64,000 nt of DNA, from positions 6,959 to 70,958 of the forward strand of contig JBELJQ010000001.1 in the NCBI GenBank assembly GCA_042090305.1, given 5' to 3'. Positions 49,491 through 59,781 of this stretch are shown one piece after another. The position numbers and the translations under genes were made by a program. Origin of the DNA: Pelagibacteraceae bacterium (lineage in GTDB: Bacteria > Pseudomonadota > Alphaproteobacteria > Methylaequorales > Methylaequoraceae). Numbering within the stretch: the first letter of the stretch is position 1; each line of letters starts with the position of its first letter. Below the pieces are notes generated by a model. It was not told the origin of the DNA and did not search any database. It worked only from the letters and a program-made list of their open reading frames with translations.

Positions 49491-50756
49491 GTGAATATTT
49501 TAGTAATTGGTTCTGGGGCAAGAGAACACTCAATAATTTGGGCATTAGAAAAATCAAATGATGCAAAACAAATTTTTTGTATACCTGGAAACGCTGGTAT
49601 CAGTAAAATAGCCAAATGCTTAAAAATTGATTTAAATAAAAAACAAGAAGTATACAAATTTTGTAAAAATAACTGTATTGAATTAGTTATAATTGGACCT
49701 GAAGAATATTTAGAAAAAGGTCTTAGTGATTATCTAACTAAAAAAAAAATTAATGTATTTGGTCCATCACAAAAAGCAGCAAGGCTTGAGTCTTCAAAAA
49801 TATTCTCAAAAAAATTTTTAAATAAAAATGGTATACCCACTGCAAAGTCTAAAAGTTTTAGTAGCTATGGTTCCGCAATTAAATATTTGAAAATAGTGAA
49901 TTATCCATTGGTAATTAAAGCTGACGGATTAGCTGCCGGAAAGGGAGTGTTTATATGTAATAAATTTGATGAGGCAAAGGCTGAACTTGAGAACCTTTTG
50001 ATAAAGAAAAATTTAGGATCCTCTGGACAGAAAGTTCTTATCGAAGAATTTCTTGATGGTTTTGAAATAAGTTACTTTGCTTTTGTAGATAAGAAGTCTT
50101 TTATTCCTTTTGGATATGCTTTAGATCATAAAAGAGCCTATAATAATGATCAGGGGCCTAATACAGGGGGGATGGGGTGTTTCACTCCCTCAAAAAGAGT
50201 CACAAAACAATTATTAGAAGAAATAAATAATAAAATTTTAAAACCAACTATCAATGGAATAAAAAAGGAAAATTTTATTTTTCGTGGGATTTTATTTATT
50301 GGCCTAATGATATCTAAAAAAGGGCCTCTAGTTATTGAATATAATGTTCGTTTTGGGGACCCAGAATGTCAAACACTATTAAGAAGCTTAAAAACTGATT
50401 TATTAAAAGTGATAGTTGCATGCACCAAAGATAAGTTATCTAAACAAAAATTAGTTGTAAACAATAATCATGTCGTCTGTGTAGTTATTGCATCCAATGG
50501 ATATCCCGGAAAATATAAAAAGAATATACCTATTAAAAACCTTAATTTACCTAATATTTCTAAGGATGTAGAAATATTTCACGCGGGAACTAAGTACTTA
50601 AATGGGAGAATAGTTTCATCTGGTGGAAGGGTTGTCTCTGTTACTGCAGTAGGAAAAAATATAAATGAAGCGAGGAAAAAAGCCTACGCTGAAGTAAAAA
50701 AAATTAGATGGAAAGATGGTTTTTTTAGAGATGATATTGGTTTAAAAAATTTTTAA
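49491..50756 (+). CDS. purD: phosphoribosylamine--glycine ligase
   Basis: MNILVIGSGAREHSIIWAL and the ATP-grasp body. GTG start. Confidence 0.9.
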   Translation: MNILVIGSGAREHSIIWALEKSNDAKQIFCIPGNAGISKIAKCLKIDLNKKQEVYKFCKNNCIELVIIGPEEYLEKGLSDYLTKKKINVFGPSQKAARLESSKIFSKKFLNKNGIPTAKSKSFSSYGSAIKYLKIVNYPLVIKADGLAAGKGVFICNKFDEAKAELENLLIKKNLGSSGQKVLIEEFLDGFEISYFAFVDKKSFIPFGYALDHKRAYNNDQGPNTGGMGCFTPSKRVTKQLLEEINNKILKPTINGIKKENFIFRGILFIGLMISKKGPLVIEYNVRFGDPECQTLLRSLKTDLLKVIVACTKDKLSKQKLVVNNNHVVCVVIASNGYPGKYKKNIPIKNLNLPNISKDVEIFHAGTKYLNGRIVSSGGRVVSVTAVGKNINEARKKAYAEVKKIRWKDGFFRDDIGLKNF

Positions 50757-51181
50757 TCTCTTATTTTCCTAAAAAAAGTTAATAATAAATCTGAACATTT
50801 GTCCTCATAAATGCCGCCAAAATATTCATATTTTTTTACATTACTAAAATATTTCTTAATTTTATTATCATGCGACTCAAGAAAGTTTGAATAAGCACCA
50901 AAATAAACTCTTTGTATCCCAGTCTGAATAATCAAAGACTCACACATTCTACAAGGTTCTAATGTTGTATATAAATTCAAACCATGAAGTTTTATAGTTT
51001 TAAGTTTTTTACATGCTTTCCTTATAGCTAATAGTTCTGCATGAGCTGTTGGATCATTTTTTTCATTTGACATGTTATAAGCGTAACTTATTAAGTTATT
51101 ATTTGAATCTATAATAACACAGCCAACTGGTATTTCATTTCTTGAAAAACCCTTCACTGCAAGACTTAATGCCATTTTCAT
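50753..51181 (-). CDS. tadA: tRNA-specific adenosine deaminase
   Basis: HAELLAIRKAC and PCRMCESLI zinc motifs. Start trimmed to MKMALSLAV. Confidence 0.85.
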   Translation of the reverse strand: MKMALSLAVKGFSRNEIPVGCVIIDSNNNLISYAYNMSNEKNDPTAHAELLAIRKACKKLKTIKLHGLNLYTTLEPCRMCESLIIQTGIQRVYFGAYSNFLESHDNKIKKYFSNVKKYEYFGGIYEDKCSDLLLTFFRKIRD

Positions 51182-51197
51182 TGGACTAGTTAATTTT

Positions 51198-51587
51198 TTA
51201 TTTTTTTTCAATTCTAGCCTCACAACCGGGTTTAATTTTCTTAAGATTTTTTAAATCAAATTTTGTTATTGCCCAGACATTACAATTATCTGCCAATTGA
51301 ATTTCATCTACTTTTGAAATTGGAGTTCTGCCAAAGCCAATAGCTATTGCTTTTCCCGATGGCCAATAAGCAATTTCTCCAAACTCAATAATTGATTTTG
51401 CCTCACTCTCAACTGGTGCATCTATATCTGTATGAAAATATACTTCTTCTCCCCATACGTTGACACTTGAGGTGATAGGTAAATTCTTCCAAATAGTTTC
51501 AGCTGTTGGGGTTTCTAATAATAATATATCAAAAATTATTTTATCAATGATAATTTTACATTTTTTTGTCATATAATAGACTAACAT
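51198..51587 (-). CDS. hypothetical small protein, possibly cyclophilin-like fold
   Basis: About 125 aa and soluble. EIAYWPSGKAIAIGFG resembles the cyclophilin-like (PF04126-type) core, but the assignment is weak. Confidence 0.35.
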   Translation of the reverse strand: MLVYYMTKKCKIIIDKIIFDILLLETPTAETIWKNLPITSSVNVWGEEVYFHTDIDAPVESEAKSIIEFGEIAYWPSGKAIAIGFGRTPISKVDEIQLADNCNVWAITKFDLKNLKKIKPGCEARIEKK

Positions 51588-51593
51588 TTATTA

Positions 51594-52337
51594 TTGAAAA
51601 CATATATGAAAAAACCCTTAATAGGCATTACTTTAGATGAAGAAAATACTAAGACATATTCTAAATATCCTTGGTATGCAGCAAGAAAAAACTACGCCTC
51701 ATCAATAGAAAAGGCCGGAGGTTTTTGTGTTTTTCTTCCAAGTAATATATTTGCGATTGATTGTTATCTTGAACTTATCGACGGACTTGTTGTTACGGGT
51801 GGAGACTTTGATATTGATCCTAAAATTTATGGTGAAGATATAAAAAGCTCTAAAGTTTCAACAAAAGAAAATAGAACAAACTTTGAGTTTTCAATCTCAA
51901 AAAAGGCTATAGATAAAAATCTACCAATATTTGGTATTTGCGGTGGTGAACAACTAATAAATGTTGTTCTTGGTGGCACACTTATTCAGCACATACCTGA
52001 CTATCATAAAAGTGAAATAAATCATGAACAAACAAATCCTAGAAATGAGGCAAGTCATTACGTGAAAATTAATGAAAAAAGTAAGTTATACGATTGTGTC
52101 AAGACAAAAAGAATGTTTGTGAATTCTGCTCATCACCAAGCGGTAAAAGACTTAGGGAAAAATTTAATTGCTAACGCATATTCGGAGGATGGTATTATTG
52201 AGGGTATAGAAGCAATAGATAAAACTTTTTGTATTGGGGTTCAATGGCATCCAGAATTCTTGATAGATAAAAATGACATAAAAATACTTGAATCATTTAT
52301 TAAAAAATCAAAAGAAAAAATTGGAAAAAAAAATTAG
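51594..52337 (+). CDS. class I glutamine amidotransferase, peptidase C26 / gamma-glutamyl-GABA hydrolase family
   Basis: Nucleophile elbow GICGGEQLINV and His/Glu pair QWHPE. Confidence 0.75.
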   Translation: MKTYMKKPLIGITLDEENTKTYSKYPWYAARKNYASSIEKAGGFCVFLPSNIFAIDCYLELIDGLVVTGGDFDIDPKIYGEDIKSSKVSTKENRTNFEFSISKKAIDKNLPIFGICGGEQLINVVLGGTLIQHIPDYHKSEINHEQTNPRNEASHYVKINEKSKLYDCVKTKRMFVNSAHHQAVKDLGKNLIANAYSEDGIIEGIEAIDKTFCIGVQWHPEFLIDKNDIKILESFIKKSKEKIGKKN

Positions 52338-53070
52338 ATTAGCAAAAATTATTTCTCATTTTGGATTTTGTTCAAGAAGAGATGCTGAGCAAATTATTAT
52401 CAATGGTGGTGTAACTTTAAAAAATAGTATCTTTAAAGAATTTACTATCAAAGAAAGCTTAATTAAATATATAAAAGTTAATGGTGTTCATTTAAAAAAG
52501 AATAAAACTCGGGTCTGGTGTTTTTATAAACCAAGAGGGTATGTGTGCTCTAATTCTGAGCAATTTCAACAAAAAAGTTTTTTTAGGATATTGCCAAATG
52601 ATATTCCACGCGTGGTTTCAGTTGGACGACTAGATATTTTATCTGAAGGTTTACTATTACTGACTAATAATCCATCATTATCTAATTTTCTTGAAAAGCC
52701 GATAAATTCTTTTGAAAGAAATTATATTGTAAAGGTTTTTGGACTAATAGATGATGAGCTTCCATTATTAGTAAAAGACGGAATTAAAATAAAAAATATT
52801 AATTATAAAGGACTAGATATAAAAATTTTAACAAAAAAGAAAAATAATAACTATCTTAAAATATCAATTTATGAAGGCAAAAATAGAGAAATTAGAAAAG
52901 TTTTAGAGCATTTTAAACTACACGTAAAAACACTTAAAAGAATTAGTTATGGTCCTTTTTTTCTAAATGAATTAAACAACAGTGAAATTAAAGAAGTTGA
53001 TGAGGAGACGCTTAAGAATAATCTAGAAAAAATTAAATTTAATGATGAGAGTGATTGCTGGAAAATATAA
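52288..53070 (+). CDS. rRNA pseudouridine synthase, RsuA/RluB family
   Basis: S4 domain IRLAKIISHFGFCSRRDAE plus the catalytic VGRLDILSEGLLLLTN. The true start may be the TTG near 52321. Confidence 0.8.
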   Translation: MNHLLKNQKKKLEKKIRLAKIISHFGFCSRRDAEQIIINGGVTLKNSIFKEFTIKESLIKYIKVNGVHLKKNKTRVWCFYKPRGYVCSNSEQFQQKSFFRILPNDIPRVVSVGRLDILSEGLLLLTNNPSLSNFLEKPINSFERNYIVKVFGLIDDELPLLVKDGIKIKNINYKGLDIKILTKKKNNNYLKISIYEGKNREIRKVLEHFKLHVKTLKRISYGPFFLNELNNSEIKEVDEETLKNNLEKIKFNDESDCWKI

Positions 53071-53599
53071 AGCACGAAAAATTAAAAGCCCAATAAATAA
53101 TAAAATCAGGCCAACCTCAGATAGAGCTAAAGAAATGATTTTTAGTGTATTATCTTCAATTCTTGAAAAACAGAATAAGTTGTTCCAAGAAATGATTATT
53201 ATTGATGCTTTTTGTGGAACTGGTTCTTTAGGTATTGAGGCTATATCAAGAGGGGCAAAAAAAGTAATTTTTATTGATAATGATGAAAGCTCACTGAGGA
53301 TAGTTCTTAAAAATTGTGAAGAATTAAAAATTTTTAATAAAACTTTAGTAAAATTGGATTTAACAAAATTTACTTATAAACAAGAAAGTGCTGATTTGAT
53401 TTTTTTAGATCCTCCTTACGGTAAATTTAATCTAAATAACCTAATCGAAAAAATTTGTATGAAAAAGGTTCTTAAAATTAATGGCATTGGCATAGTTGAA
53501 ACATCAAAAAGATTTGAATTAAATGAGTCTAAGTTATTTACGATGATTAAAAAAAAGAAGGTTGGTGATTCTATTTTCTATTTTTTTACTAACAATTAA
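53042..53599 (+). CDS. rsmD: 16S rRNA (guanine966-N2)-methyltransferase
   Basis: MRVIAGKYK, DAFCGTGSLGIEAISRGA, FLDPPY. Confidence 0.85.
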   Translation: MMRVIAGKYKARKIKSPINNKIRPTSDRAKEMIFSVLSSILEKQNKLFQEMIIIDAFCGTGSLGIEAISRGAKKVIFIDNDESSLRIVLKNCEELKIFNKTLVKLDLTKFTYKQESADLIFLDPPYGKFNLNNLIEKICMKKVLKINGIGIVETSKRFELNESKLFTMIKKKKVGDSIFYFFTNN

Positions 53600-55351
53600 T
53601 TACTTTCTTCCAAACAATTTCTCAATATCCTCTAACCTAAGTTCAACATATGTTGGCCTACCGTGATTACATTGACCCGAAAAAGAAGTTTCTTCCATTC
53701 TTCTCAGTAAATCGTTCATTTCATCAACTTCCATTGATCTTCCTGATCTTATTGATCCATGGCAAGCCATTGAAGAGCAAATTTTATTAATTTTTTCTTC
53801 AACTGTATCTGTATTAGTATTATAAATTAATTCATCCATAAGGTCTAAAACAAGTTGCTTAATATTACAATTCGCAAGGATGATTGGAACCTCCCTTACA
53901 ATCAATGATTTTTTTCCAAAAACCTCTAATTTTACTCCATAATTTTCAGCATTCTTCAGACATTCTTCCACATTCTTTACTAGTAAGTTATCAAAATCAA
54001 TTACTGCTGGTATTAATAAAATTTGAGTTTTAATTTTTTTATTATAAAACTCATATTTTAGTTTTTCGTAAACTAACCTTTCATGTGCTGCATGCTGATC
54101 TATAAGAAATATTCCTTTTTTATTTTCTGAAACTATATATGTCTCATGTAACTGAGTTTTAGCATAACCTAGAGGATAATCATTATTTTCTTTTCTATAT
54201 GAAACCTCATCAACAGAGTCAAAATCTATACAATTACTCTCATCTTCACTTCCTTTTTCCTTCAGTTCTATAGCAACTTGCTTATTATCTTCAGTTATAA
54301 AATTTTCAATTGCCTTTTGTGAATTAAATGAACTAGCTTTGTGACCGATATTTGCAAGTTCATCTTTAAAAATTTTGATAATTGAGGATTTTAGATAATT
54401 AATATCTTTAAACCTTACTTCATATTTCATTGGATGAACGTTGATATCTACTTCAGACTCTTTACAATCTAAAAATAAAATAAGTTGAGGAAATCTATCA
54501 TGTGAGATGAAATCTCTGTAAGCTACTTTGAAAATTGTTGTTATGGATTTATCGAAAATTATTCTGTTATTTACGTAAAAAAAAATATTGTTTGAGTTAG
54601 AAAAATTAAATGTTGGAATACCCAAAAGTCCTTTGAAACTAAACTTTTCTCCTGTTTTATGAATTTTTAATGAGTTTTTTATAAAGTCTTCACCTAAAAC
54701 AGGGATTGTTCTTAGTTTTAGTTTATCAAACCATTCCAATTGATAAGTAATTGGCGAGAAAAATATTTTTTTATCGTCAATTGATAAATTAAACTCAATA
54801 TCTACAAATGAAAGTGAGAGTTTTTGAATTAGCCTTTTAATTAGTAAAGCTTCATAATTTTCAGATTTCAAAAACTTGAGTCTTGCAGGAATATTAAAAA
54901 AAAGATTTTTTACTTTGACTGTTGTTCCTTTGTTTTGGTTATATGGTTTTTTATATTTACACTCCCCCCCATAAATATTAATAATATATCCAGTGGAACT
55001 CGTATTATTTTTTGAAGATAAAAAGAAATCGGATACCGAGGATATAGACGATAAAGCTTCACCTCTAAACCCTAGTGTATTTATATTAGTTAGATTGTTA
55101 TCTTTCAGTTTTGAAGTTGCATGACGCCTAACCGACAGACCCAGCTCCATATTGCTAATTCCTTCACCATTATCAGCCACAGTAATTTCTGATTTCCCTC
55201 CGTTTCTTATGAAAATTTCAATCTTTGTGGATTTTGCATCGATACTATTCTCAACAAGCTCTTTAACTACAGATGATGGCCTTTCAACCACTTCACCTGC
55301 AGCAATTTTATTTATAATATTATCTGGTAGTAATTGAATTTTTCTTTTCAT
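53600..55351 (-). CDS. mutL: DNA mismatch repair protein MutL
   Basis: GHKL ATPase N-terminus AAGEVVERPSSVVKELVENSIDA, and a C-terminal dimerisation domain with CNHGRPT. Confidence 0.95.
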   Translation of the reverse strand: MKRKIQLLPDNIINKIAAGEVVERPSSVVKELVENSIDAKSTKIEIFIRNGGKSEITVADNGEGISNMELGLSVRRHATSKLKDNNLTNINTLGFRGEALSSISSVSDFFLSSKNNTSSTGYIINIYGGECKYKKPYNQNKGTTVKVKNLFFNIPARLKFLKSENYEALLIKRLIQKLSLSFVDIEFNLSIDDKKIFFSPITYQLEWFDKLKLRTIPVLGEDFIKNSLKIHKTGEKFSFKGLLGIPTFNFSNSNNIFFYVNNRIIFDKSITTIFKVAYRDFISHDRFPQLILFLDCKESEVDINVHPMKYEVRFKDINYLKSSIIKIFKDELANIGHKASSFNSQKAIENFITEDNKQVAIELKEKGSEDESNCIDFDSVDEVSYRKENNDYPLGYAKTQLHETYIVSENKKGIFLIDQHAAHERLVYEKLKYEFYNKKIKTQILLIPAVIDFDNLLVKNVEECLKNAENYGVKLEVFGKKSLIVREVPIILANCNIKQLVLDLMDELIYNTNTDTVEEKINKICSSMACHGSIRSGRSMEVDEMNDLLRRMEETSFSGQCNHGRPTYVELRLEDIEKLFGRK

Positions 55352-56580
55352 TTTAAGTAACTTTTTGTTAATAGTTTTCCCTCTTCAACAGCGGGTTGAT
55401 CAAAAGGATTAACTTTTAAAAATTGACAAAGAAAAATTGTTTCGATGATATAAAATATTGATAGTTTACCAACGGATTCTTCATCTATTGAGTTTAATTC
55501 TAAAACTCTAACTGGTAAACCATTCTTCTTAATTGTTTCACAAGTAGCTTTCATTTCAGCATAAAATAATTCCTCTAAAGATTTTTGATGCAACAAAGAA
55601 TACTTACCATTTTTGAATCTACAATCGAGTTTTGTATGATTTTGATTTTTTAGCTTTCTCGATATAATTGTGAAAATTTTATCTTTAGGGCCGTCTAAAT
55701 ATAACTGTAGTTGACTGTGTTGATCAATTGTCCCCAATGCACTAACAGGTGTAAACCCTTTTCCATTTTTTCCGATGCTCTCTGCTAAAAGTTGCCTAAA
55801 CCATAAAGAAAAATTCCTTAAGGAATCTGAGTAAGGCATCAATATTGATATATTTCTTCCAGTTTTAGATAATATAAACTGATAGAATGATGATTTAAAG
55901 TAGTAGTCAAATAACTCGTTATTACCCATAATTTCTGTCAAAAATTTGCGAGCGCTACTACAAAATATTTCAACATTAAAACCAGAGAGTTTTGCTGGAA
56001 CGAGCCCTGTAACTGAGAAAATGGAAAAGCGACCTCCAATTTCTGAGGAGTGCTCAAGAAATGAATATTTTTCACTTTCTTGAAGATTTTTTAGAAAACT
56101 TTTTTTATTTTCTGTAATTATAAAAATATTTTTCTTCTTGGGAATATTTTTTTCGTCAAATTTATTTGTGATGTAGAATAATTGTGAAATAGTCTCAATT
56201 GTTTCCCCAGACTTGGAAATAGTCACAACCCCCGTCTTCTTTAAGTCAATATTCTCTAAAGCCTTTACTATAGACTCAAAGTCAACGTTTTCTAAAAAGT
56301 ATATCTTTGGATTTAATTTTTTAATACTCTCTATAATTGAAACTAAAGTTCTTCCTCCAAGGCTAGAACCTCCTGTTCCAAGAAATAGTACGGTTTTAAA
56401 CCTTTTAAGTTTTTTGACAATAGCTTCAATCTCTTCCGTACGCGGCTGATTTAGTTCTTTTTGAAAACCAAAGTTATTACATTCTAATTCATACTTTAAC
56501 TTCAGCTTATTTCTTTCATAGTTCAAGTAATCTTTCTTTAAAATTTTTGGAGGATTAAAAAAATTTTGAACTAATTTCAT
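55348..56580 (-). CDS. pgi: glucose-6-phosphate isomerase (short bacterial form)
   Basis: PGI signature EIGGRFSIFSVTGL and the SIS motif LFLGTGGSSLGG; 410 aa. Confidence 0.6.
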   Translation of the reverse strand: MKLVQNFFNPPKILKKDYLNYERNKLKLKYELECNNFGFQKELNQPRTEEIEAIVKKLKRFKTVLFLGTGGSSLGGRTLVSIIESIKKLNPKIYFLENVDFESIVKALENIDLKKTGVVTISKSGETIETISQLFYITNKFDEKNIPKKKNIFIITENKKSFLKNLQESEKYSFLEHSSEIGGRFSIFSVTGLVPAKLSGFNVEIFCSSARKFLTEIMGNNELFDYYFKSSFYQFILSKTGRNISILMPYSDSLRNFSLWFRQLLAESIGKNGKGFTPVSALGTIDQHSQLQLYLDGPKDKIFTIISRKLKNQNHTKLDCRFKNGKYSLLHQKSLEELFYAEMKATCETIKKNGLPVRVLELNSIDEESVGKLSIFYIIETIFLCQFLKVNPFDQPAVEEGKLLTKSYLK

Positions 56581-56584
56581 TTTC

Positions 56585-57868
56585 TTATTTAGGTTTACCT
56601 ACCACTAAAAAAAATAACTTTTCACTATCAAACTGTTCATCAATCATTTTATTTACCTTTTTTAAATTCAATTTATCGATTATCTCACCTCTTCTATCAA
56701 AATAATCATTTCCTAAGTTATAAAATTGAATTGTATTTAATAGACTAGCAATTGATAAGGTGCTTGTAAAATTTCTTGTAAATGAACCTTTGTAATATGC
56801 TTTTGCCTCATCTAATTCTTTCTCTGAAATGCCCCTTTTGGTTATCTTAGACCATTCTTTTTTTATACCTGCGATTGTTTTGTTAACTGTATCATTTTGA
56901 GTTTGAAAACCTCCAATCATAACTCCATCATGCTTGTATGACATAGGGTATGAATAAATGGAATATACAAGACCTCTTTTTTCTCTTATCTCCTTGTAAA
57001 GCCTTGATTGAAAGCCTCCTCCACCTAATACATAATTAGCTATTCTAAATGAAAAATAATCTTTGTGATTCCTTGATATACCTGGATGCCCAAAAACAAC
57101 TGAGCTTTGAGGTGTTTCAATATTTACTATTTTTTTGCCAATTGGTAAGTTTGTAAATTTTTCAAAGTTGGTTGGTTTTGATAATGGAAGATTGCCAAAC
57201 ACAATTCCTATATATTTTTTTATCTCCTTTTCGGAAATATCACCAGCTACTCCAATATGTAGGGAGTTAGTATTAAATATTTTTTTATGAAATTTTTTTA
57301 AGTCCTCTCTTGATATTTTTTCTAGACTATCAATTGTTCCTTTTATATTTCTGGAAAATCTATGATTTTTAAAGAAAAATTCATCAAACTTTTGGTTAGC
57401 TATTGTTGATATATTCGATTTATCTATTTTAATGCTTGAATTGAGTTGATCTTTTACTTTTTTTATCTCAGCGATTTTAAAACTTGGTTTTTCTAAAATT
57501 TCAGCTAATAATTTAAATCCCTGATCTCTTTGAGAGCTAATTACTTGAAATGTCCCATCCACTCTATTTTTACTAGTTTTAAGGTTTAATTTAATTCCAT
57601 TCGATTTCATAAGTTGCTTGATTTCTTTGCTATCAAACTTACTTGTCCCTTCATCCATTAGGGATGTCATTAAATTTATCAACCCTTCCTTACCCACTGG
57701 ATCTAAAGATGAGCCTCCTTCAAATGTGAAACTCAAACTTATAATTGGGATAGAATTATCTTCTACAAACCAAAAGTTCAATCCACCAGAGTTAAGTTCC
57801 TTGAAACCTATACTTTGTGCAACATTGAAAGACATAAAGAATATAATTAGGACTCTAAGAATTTGCAT
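56585..57868 (-). CDS. M16 family peptidase-like protein, non-catalytic partner (no HxxEH)
   Basis: Signal peptide and M16 fold, but the inverted zinc motif is absent (KEGLINLMTSLMDEGT in the homologous position). Confidence 0.75.
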   Translation of the reverse strand: MQILRVLIIFFMSFNVAQSIGFKELNSGGLNFWFVEDNSIPIISLSFTFEGGSSLDPVGKEGLINLMTSLMDEGTSKFDSKEIKQLMKSNGIKLNLKTSKNRVDGTFQVISSQRDQGFKLLAEILEKPSFKIAEIKKVKDQLNSSIKIDKSNISTIANQKFDEFFFKNHRFSRNIKGTIDSLEKISREDLKKFHKKIFNTNSLHIGVAGDISEKEIKKYIGIVFGNLPLSKPTNFEKFTNLPIGKKIVNIETPQSSVVFGHPGISRNHKDYFSFRIANYVLGGGGFQSRLYKEIREKRGLVYSIYSYPMSYKHDGVMIGGFQTQNDTVNKTIAGIKKEWSKITKRGISEKELDEAKAYYKGSFTRNFTSTLSIASLLNTIQFYNLGNDYFDRRGEIIDKLNLKKVNKMIDEQFDSEKLFFLVVGKPK

Positions 57869-59181
57869 TATTGTTTTAGCCCACCTATTACATAATTCTT
57901 GTTTTCTAGAAATTTATTCATTTCAGCTTTTATCAACTCAACTGTAACTTTCTCTAAGTTATCGTTCCATTTTTCTATATCTTTCAATTTTAAGCCAACA
58001 GTTATTGCTTCGCCTATAATTTCTGATGGCTTTAATATCCCATCCATTTGGTAGATACTGTCAAAGAGATATTTCTTTTTTTCTATCTCTAATTTTTCAA
58101 TAGTTATGTCATTTTTGATTGATTTTTTAAGCTGTTTATTTATTAATTCATCAATTGACTTCTCATCCATTGAATTTTTTGGAATTGCATAAAAATAAAC
58201 ATATCCTTGGTTTCTTGCTAATCCATTATAAAAACCACCAATCATTGAAAATAATTTTTTTTTATTTACGAACTCATCGTAAAGAGAACTTGAGGTTCCG
58301 CCGGCTAGTATTTTTAATCCTAGGTCTAGGGCAATTCCGTTTATGATTGAACTGTTGTACGAATCTACTCTATATAGTTTTTTCCATATACTCTGTTGAA
58401 CGGTTGGATGCTTAAGTTCAACGAAAACCTGTGACTTAAGATCTGGATCAGAAATTTCCAAGTATTTTTCTTTATTATTGTTTTTAATCCCAGAAAAGTA
58501 CTTTTTTACTATTTTCTTACTTTCAGAAAGTGTGACATTACCAGATATTACAAGTAGTGAATTTTTAGGGTTATAATGCCTTTTATAAAAAGCTTTAACA
58601 TCATCATAGTTTAAATTTTCGATTTCGTGTTTCCAACCAATTATTGGTCTACCATAGTAATGGTTTGGGTATAGAATACTTCTCATTGATTCATCTAGTT
58701 GTGATGATGGATCACTTTCTATTCTTTGAAATCTTTCTTCTAGAATAACCTTTCTTTCAATCTCTACATTCTTCTTTGTTAAAGTGAGATTTTTCATTCT
58801 ATCAGCTTCTAACTCAACTATTTTCTCAAAGTGTTGACTTGGATATATTTGATAATAAGCTGTATAATCATAACTAGTAAAAGCATTTTCACTACCACCG
58901 ACTTTAGATAGGAAATTTGAATAATAGTTATCTGGAAACTTTTTTGTTCCCTTAAACATCAAATGTTCCATAAAATGCGCCAACCCACTTTTACCTGGCT
59001 TTTCAACGTTTGAACCAAAATCATACCAGAGCATTTGTGCAATAACAGGAGCTCTTGGGTTTTCGATAACAACTACTCTCATTCCATTTTTAAGGGTAAA
59101 TTGCTTGGCATTAAAGTCTTGAGACATTAACTGATTACTGAAAAGCAATATCAGAACTGAAAATATTTTTATTAGCTTCAT
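57868..59181 (-). CDS. M16 family zinc peptidase (insulinase-like), catalytic subunit
   Basis: Signal peptide; HFMEHLMFKGT inverted HxxEH zinc motif. Confidence 0.85.
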   Translation of the reverse strand: MKLIKIFSVLILLFSNQLMSQDFNAKQFTLKNGMRVVVIENPRAPVIAQMLWYDFGSNVEKPGKSGLAHFMEHLMFKGTKKFPDNYYSNFLSKVGGSENAFTSYDYTAYYQIYPSQHFEKIVELEADRMKNLTLTKKNVEIERKVILEERFQRIESDPSSQLDESMRSILYPNHYYGRPIIGWKHEIENLNYDDVKAFYKRHYNPKNSLLVISGNVTLSESKKIVKKYFSGIKNNNKEKYLEISDPDLKSQVFVELKHPTVQQSIWKKLYRVDSYNSSIINGIALDLGLKILAGGTSSSLYDEFVNKKKLFSMIGGFYNGLARNQGYVYFYAIPKNSMDEKSIDELINKQLKKSIKNDITIEKLEIEKKKYLFDSIYQMDGILKPSEIIGEAITVGLKLKDIEKWNDNLEKVTVELIKAEMNKFLENKNYVIGGLKQ

Positions 59182-59781
59182 CTAATCTAATATAGGTAGA
59201 TCACCAAAATTTTCTATATTAGAATTTACAGTACTAGGTGGAATTTCTGAAAAAGGCTGTTGTGGAGTAGAGTTAGGTTGATATATCATTGGATTTCTAA
59301 ATGAATTTATATTTTGGTCTGGTAAATATCTTCTCGAAAAATTATATCCTTTGTCGTAAACAGGTTTATAGTAAATGTTTCCTTCTTTGTACCCTTGCAC
59401 ATATTGACCGTATACCCATTCGCCAATTGTGAATTTTTTATTTTGTTTAAACTTTTCAAGTGAATCTGATGGTGTTTTTGAAGATGGTAAATAAAATTGT
59501 GGTGCCAGATAGTTTGTAATTTTAGGTTGAACTGAATAATCTTTAGGAAAGTTTTGCGTATTAATGGTTTGATTAGTATTTGATTGGCTGTTTCTCTTAA
59601 TATTTTTAGTTGCCTGTTTCCCAAAGTCTGGCGGCAAAACAAGTTCAGGCGTAGAACTTATAAGTTCTTGTTCTATATTCTCATCGGAAAGTCCTACAAG
59701 ATCTCTCATGGATTCACATGAAAATAATAGAATTGTCGCGATTAAGACGCTGCAGTTTTTAGTAATATTATTCAAAATCAT
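59182..59781 (-). CDS. lipoprotein, Tyr/Gln/Pro-rich
   Basis: MILNNITKNCSVLIATILLFSC signal peptide with a lipobox-like LFSC; the mature part is low-complexity (YGQYVQGYKEGNIYYKPVYDKGYNF). The start was chosen at the Met that restores a signal peptide. Confidence 0.5.
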   Translation of the reverse strand: MILNNITKNCSVLIATILLFSCESMRDLVGLSDENIEQELISSTPELVLPPDFGKQATKNIKRNSQSNTNQTINTQNFPKDYSVQPKITNYLAPQFYLPSSKTPSDSLEKFKQNKKFTIGEWVYGQYVQGYKEGNIYYKPVYDKGYNFSRRYLPDQNINSFRNPMIYQPNSTPQQPFSEIPPSTVNSNIENFGDLPILD

